This document shows, piece by piece, positions 6,823 through 8,511 of a stretch of 8,511 nt of DNA. The stretch spans positions 1-8,511 of IMG/VR virus record IMGVR_UViG_3300028957_000063; one strand, given 5' to 3'. Made by a program: the position numbers and the translations under genes. The number at the start of each line of letters is the position of its first letter. The stretch's first letter is position 1. A model generated the notes under the pieces. That model had not been told where the DNA came from. It did not search any database and worked only from the letters and a program-made list of their open reading frames with translations. Source of the DNA: a virus (lineage: Duplodnaviria > Heunggongvirae > Uroviricota > Caudoviricetes).

Positions 6823-6898
6823 ATTAGGGAATTCTAATTTTTCTTGACTTAGGTTTCTCTACGATCTAGTTTCCTTAGGAAAATCTAAGGAGTTCGAT
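6823..6898. promoter_or_regulatory. Divergent promoter/operator region between the repressor and the cro-like gene (oR/pR/pRM analogue)
   Basis: Rightward -35 TTGACT (6844-6849), 17-bp spacer, -10 TAGTTT (6867-6872), then AAGGAG Shine-Dalgarno sequence 6 nt before ATG 6899. Palindrome CCTTAG-GAAAAT-CTAAGG at 6873-6890 and a weaker copy at 6847-6864 overlap the promoter elements. Confidence 0.55.
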
Positions 6899-7126
6899 AT
6901 GTTGAAAATTGATGCTATAGCGTTTTTTGGCAGCAAAACAAAGCTTGCCAATGCCGCAGGAGTTAGGCTGGCAAGCATTGCTGCATGGGGGGAACTGGTT
7001 CCTGAAGGTCGCGCGATGCGCCTGCAAGAGGCATCCGGCGGGGAACTTCAGTACGACCCTAAAGTTTATGACGAATATCGTAAGGCAAAGCGGGCGGGGC
7101 GGTTGAACAATGAAAATCACCCCTGA
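6899..7126 (+). CDS. dicC: Cro-like regulator, DicC/YdaS-like (75 aa)
   Basis: Small ORF divergent from the DicA-like repressor with a strong AAGGAG Shine-Dalgarno sequence. Translation resembles DicC from memory (FGSKTKLA..AG.RLAS...LVPEGRAMRLQEASGGELQYDP...). Confidence 0.8.
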   Translation: MLKIDAIAFFGSKTKLANAAGVRLASIAAWGELVPEGRAMRLQEASGGELQYDPKVYDEYRKAKRAGRLNNENHP

Positions 7127-7661
7127 ACAGGTTTGTGAGGCTCTGGATGCCTGGGTATGCCGACCAGGAATGACACAGGAGCAGGCGACGATATTAATCA
7201 CGGAAGCATTCTGGGCTCTGAAAGAACGCCCGAACATTGATGTTCAACGCGTCACGTTTGATGATGGCGCGGTTGATCAACGGGCACTGGGCGTTAACCG
7301 GGTGAAGATATTCGAACGCTGGAAAGCTATCGACACCAGGGATAAGCGTGAAAAATTCACGGCGCTGATTCCGGCAATTATGGAGGCTATCCGGATCAGC
7401 GATTTCAGGTTGTATTGTGAAATTACTGACGGAAAAAGCATTACGTACATGATCGCCGGGTTAAACAAAGAATATGGCGATGTGGTGGAGTCCGGGCTGC
7501 TTTTTGCGGATCCAGCTGTTGTGGAGCGTGAGACTGACGAGCTTATAGAAAAAGCTATTGCTTTCAAGCATGCGTATCGTCAGCAATACCAACATTACTT
7601 TGCAGATAAACAAATATCTGTCTGGGGTTCGTATGAGTATCGATGCACTACGATGGGCTAA
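7110..7661 (+). CDS. Prophage early regulatory protein at the cII position (183 aa), possibly CII(CP76)-like or YdaT-like
   Basis: ORF starts inside the last codons of the cro-like gene (17-nt overlap, different frame) and ends at TAA 7659-7661. Family assignment is from position and size only. Confidence 0.6.
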   Translation: MKITPEQVCEALDAWVCRPGMTQEQATILITEAFWALKERPNIDVQRVTFDDGAVDQRALGVNRVKIFERWKAIDTRDKREKFTALIPAIMEAIRISDFRLYCEITDGKSITYMIAGLNKEYGDVVESGLLFADPAVVERETDELIEKAIAFKHAYRQQYQHYFADKQISVWGSYEYRCTTMG

Positions 7662-8511
7662 AAAGGTGAAAACCGGCAGTTCATCCAGCAAGTCAGTATT
7701 GACCTGGCTTGCTGATATGTGCGGTGCCGATTTGTGTGCATACCCGTCTGTATCTGCACTGGCAGAAGTAACGGAACTGAACAAAAAGACTGTGCAGGAC
7801 AGCTTACGACACCTGATGGAGATTGGGTTAATTGTTGATACCGGTGAGAGAAAAGGCAGAACAAAGCAAATTGTGGTGTACCGACTTATCGGTGTAGAAG
7901 AAAGTGTTGCCGAGCCTGAATACACCCAAAAACGGGAGTCTTTAAAGGTGGGTAAAATTGGTGCTGTTAATAAAAACAGTACCGAAAATGGTTATGTTTC
8001 AGCACAAAACAGCCCCAAAAACGGAACTCTTAGCTGCATGGAAAATAACCAAAGACACCCAAATTTTCCATCAAAGACACCCAAAAACGGATCACGGAAC
8101 CCAAAGGAACCCAAAGATCTAACCCCCACACATAACGCACGCGAGAGTGCTCCGACCAGTGAGCAGGAAGTTTTGTCGTTACAGGCAGCACCCCCTGTAT
8201 TCCTGGGTGGCCTGAGCGAACCCATCGGAAAATTTCCGATGACCGATAGCTGGTATCCGTCACGGGATTTTCGACGACGGGCTGCGTTGTGGGGGATGGC
8301 TTTGCCGGAGACAGAATTTACACCTGCTGAACTTGCCGCCTTCCGGGACTACTGGGCAGCGGAGGGGAAAGTATTTACGCAGATTCAGTGGGAGCAGAAA
8401 TTCGCCCGTCACGTAAATCACGTCAGGGCGCAGGTTAAACCAGTCAGCAAGGGGGTGAACCATGCAGCAGCACCAGGTGGCACCGCATCACGGGCAGTTC
8501 AGGAAATTCGG
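7633..8511 (+). CDS. Phage replication initiation protein (O-like: N-terminal winged-helix/HTH, C-terminal DnaT-like region), 3' end beyond the window
   Basis: Open frame from ATG 7633 to the window end with no stop (hand-translated: MSIDALRWAKKVKTGSSSSKSVLTWLADMCGADL...). Not in the ORF track, presumably because it has no stop in the window. Overlaps the upstream gene by 29 nt. The C-terminal part (FRDYWAAEGKVFTQIQWEQKFARH) looks like DnaT-type replication proteins. Iteron-like repeats lie in the linker. Confidence 0.75.
   Translation, partial: MSIDALRWAKKVKTGSSSSKSVLTWLADMCGADLCAYPSVSALAEVTELNKKTVQDSLRHLMEIGLIVDTGERKGRTKQIVVYRLIGVEESVAEPEYTQKRESLKVGKIGAVNKNSTENGYVSAQNSPKNGTLSCMENNQRHPNFPSKTPKNGSRNPKEPKDLTPTHNARESAPTSEQEVLSLQAAPPVFLGGLSEPIGKFPMTDSWYPSRDFRRRAALWGMALPETEFTPAELAAFRDYWAAEGKVFTQIQWEQKFARHVNHVRAQVKPVSKGVNHAAAPGGTASRAVQEIR
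7922..8115. repeat. Iteron-like direct repeats inside the replication gene: putative phage origin of replication
   Basis: Core CCCAAAAACGG occurs three times (7925-7935, 8014-8024, 8080-8090). There is a further ACACCCAAA copy at 8055-8063 and a tandem GGAACCCAAA x2 at 8096-8115. The block lies in the linker of the O-like gene, as the ori does in lambda O. Confidence 0.5.

Noticed and set aside
6528-7925. ORFs antisense to the repressor, the 183-aa gene and the replication gene (6528-6740, 6875-7237, 7277-7567, 7461-7925, 7658-7864)
   Set aside because: Each is fully contained antisense within a better-supported gene and lacks a ribosome-binding site.
7992-8463. Minus-strand ORFs 7992-8225, 8030-8263 and 8260-8463
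   Set aside because: Antisense to the long open replication-protein frame that runs to the window end; implausible Cys/Arg/Pro-rich translations.
1-8511. tRNA gene, attachment site or CRISPR array
   Set aside because: No tRNA-like T-arm/acceptor pattern and no regularly spaced direct repeats were found. The integrase stop is at the window edge, so the att site probably lies outside the window.

Overview
This window looks like the early-left and immunity region of an enterobacterial lambdoid prophage, read from its integrase end. Leftward (minus strand) genes run int – xis – a 791-aa protein with a C-terminal DEDDh 3'-5' exonuclease domain – several small ORFs – a DicA-like repressor. Rightward (plus strand) genes are a DicC/Cro-like regulator, a 183-aa protein at the cII position, and a replication-initiator gene that carries an iteron cluster and runs off the window end. 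The most interesting part is an accessory island at about 4490-5700, between the recombination genes and the immunity genes. It contains a 19-bp perfect inverted-repeat pair, a GC-rich hairpin-dense segment with no convincing ORF, and two convergent AT-rich small ORFs of unknown function. A 35-nt N-run (5953-5987) interrupts one small gene. No tRNA, rRNA, CRISPR array or IS element was seen. All family assignments are from reading the translations and from memory of the families; none was database-verified, and composition statements are by eye.
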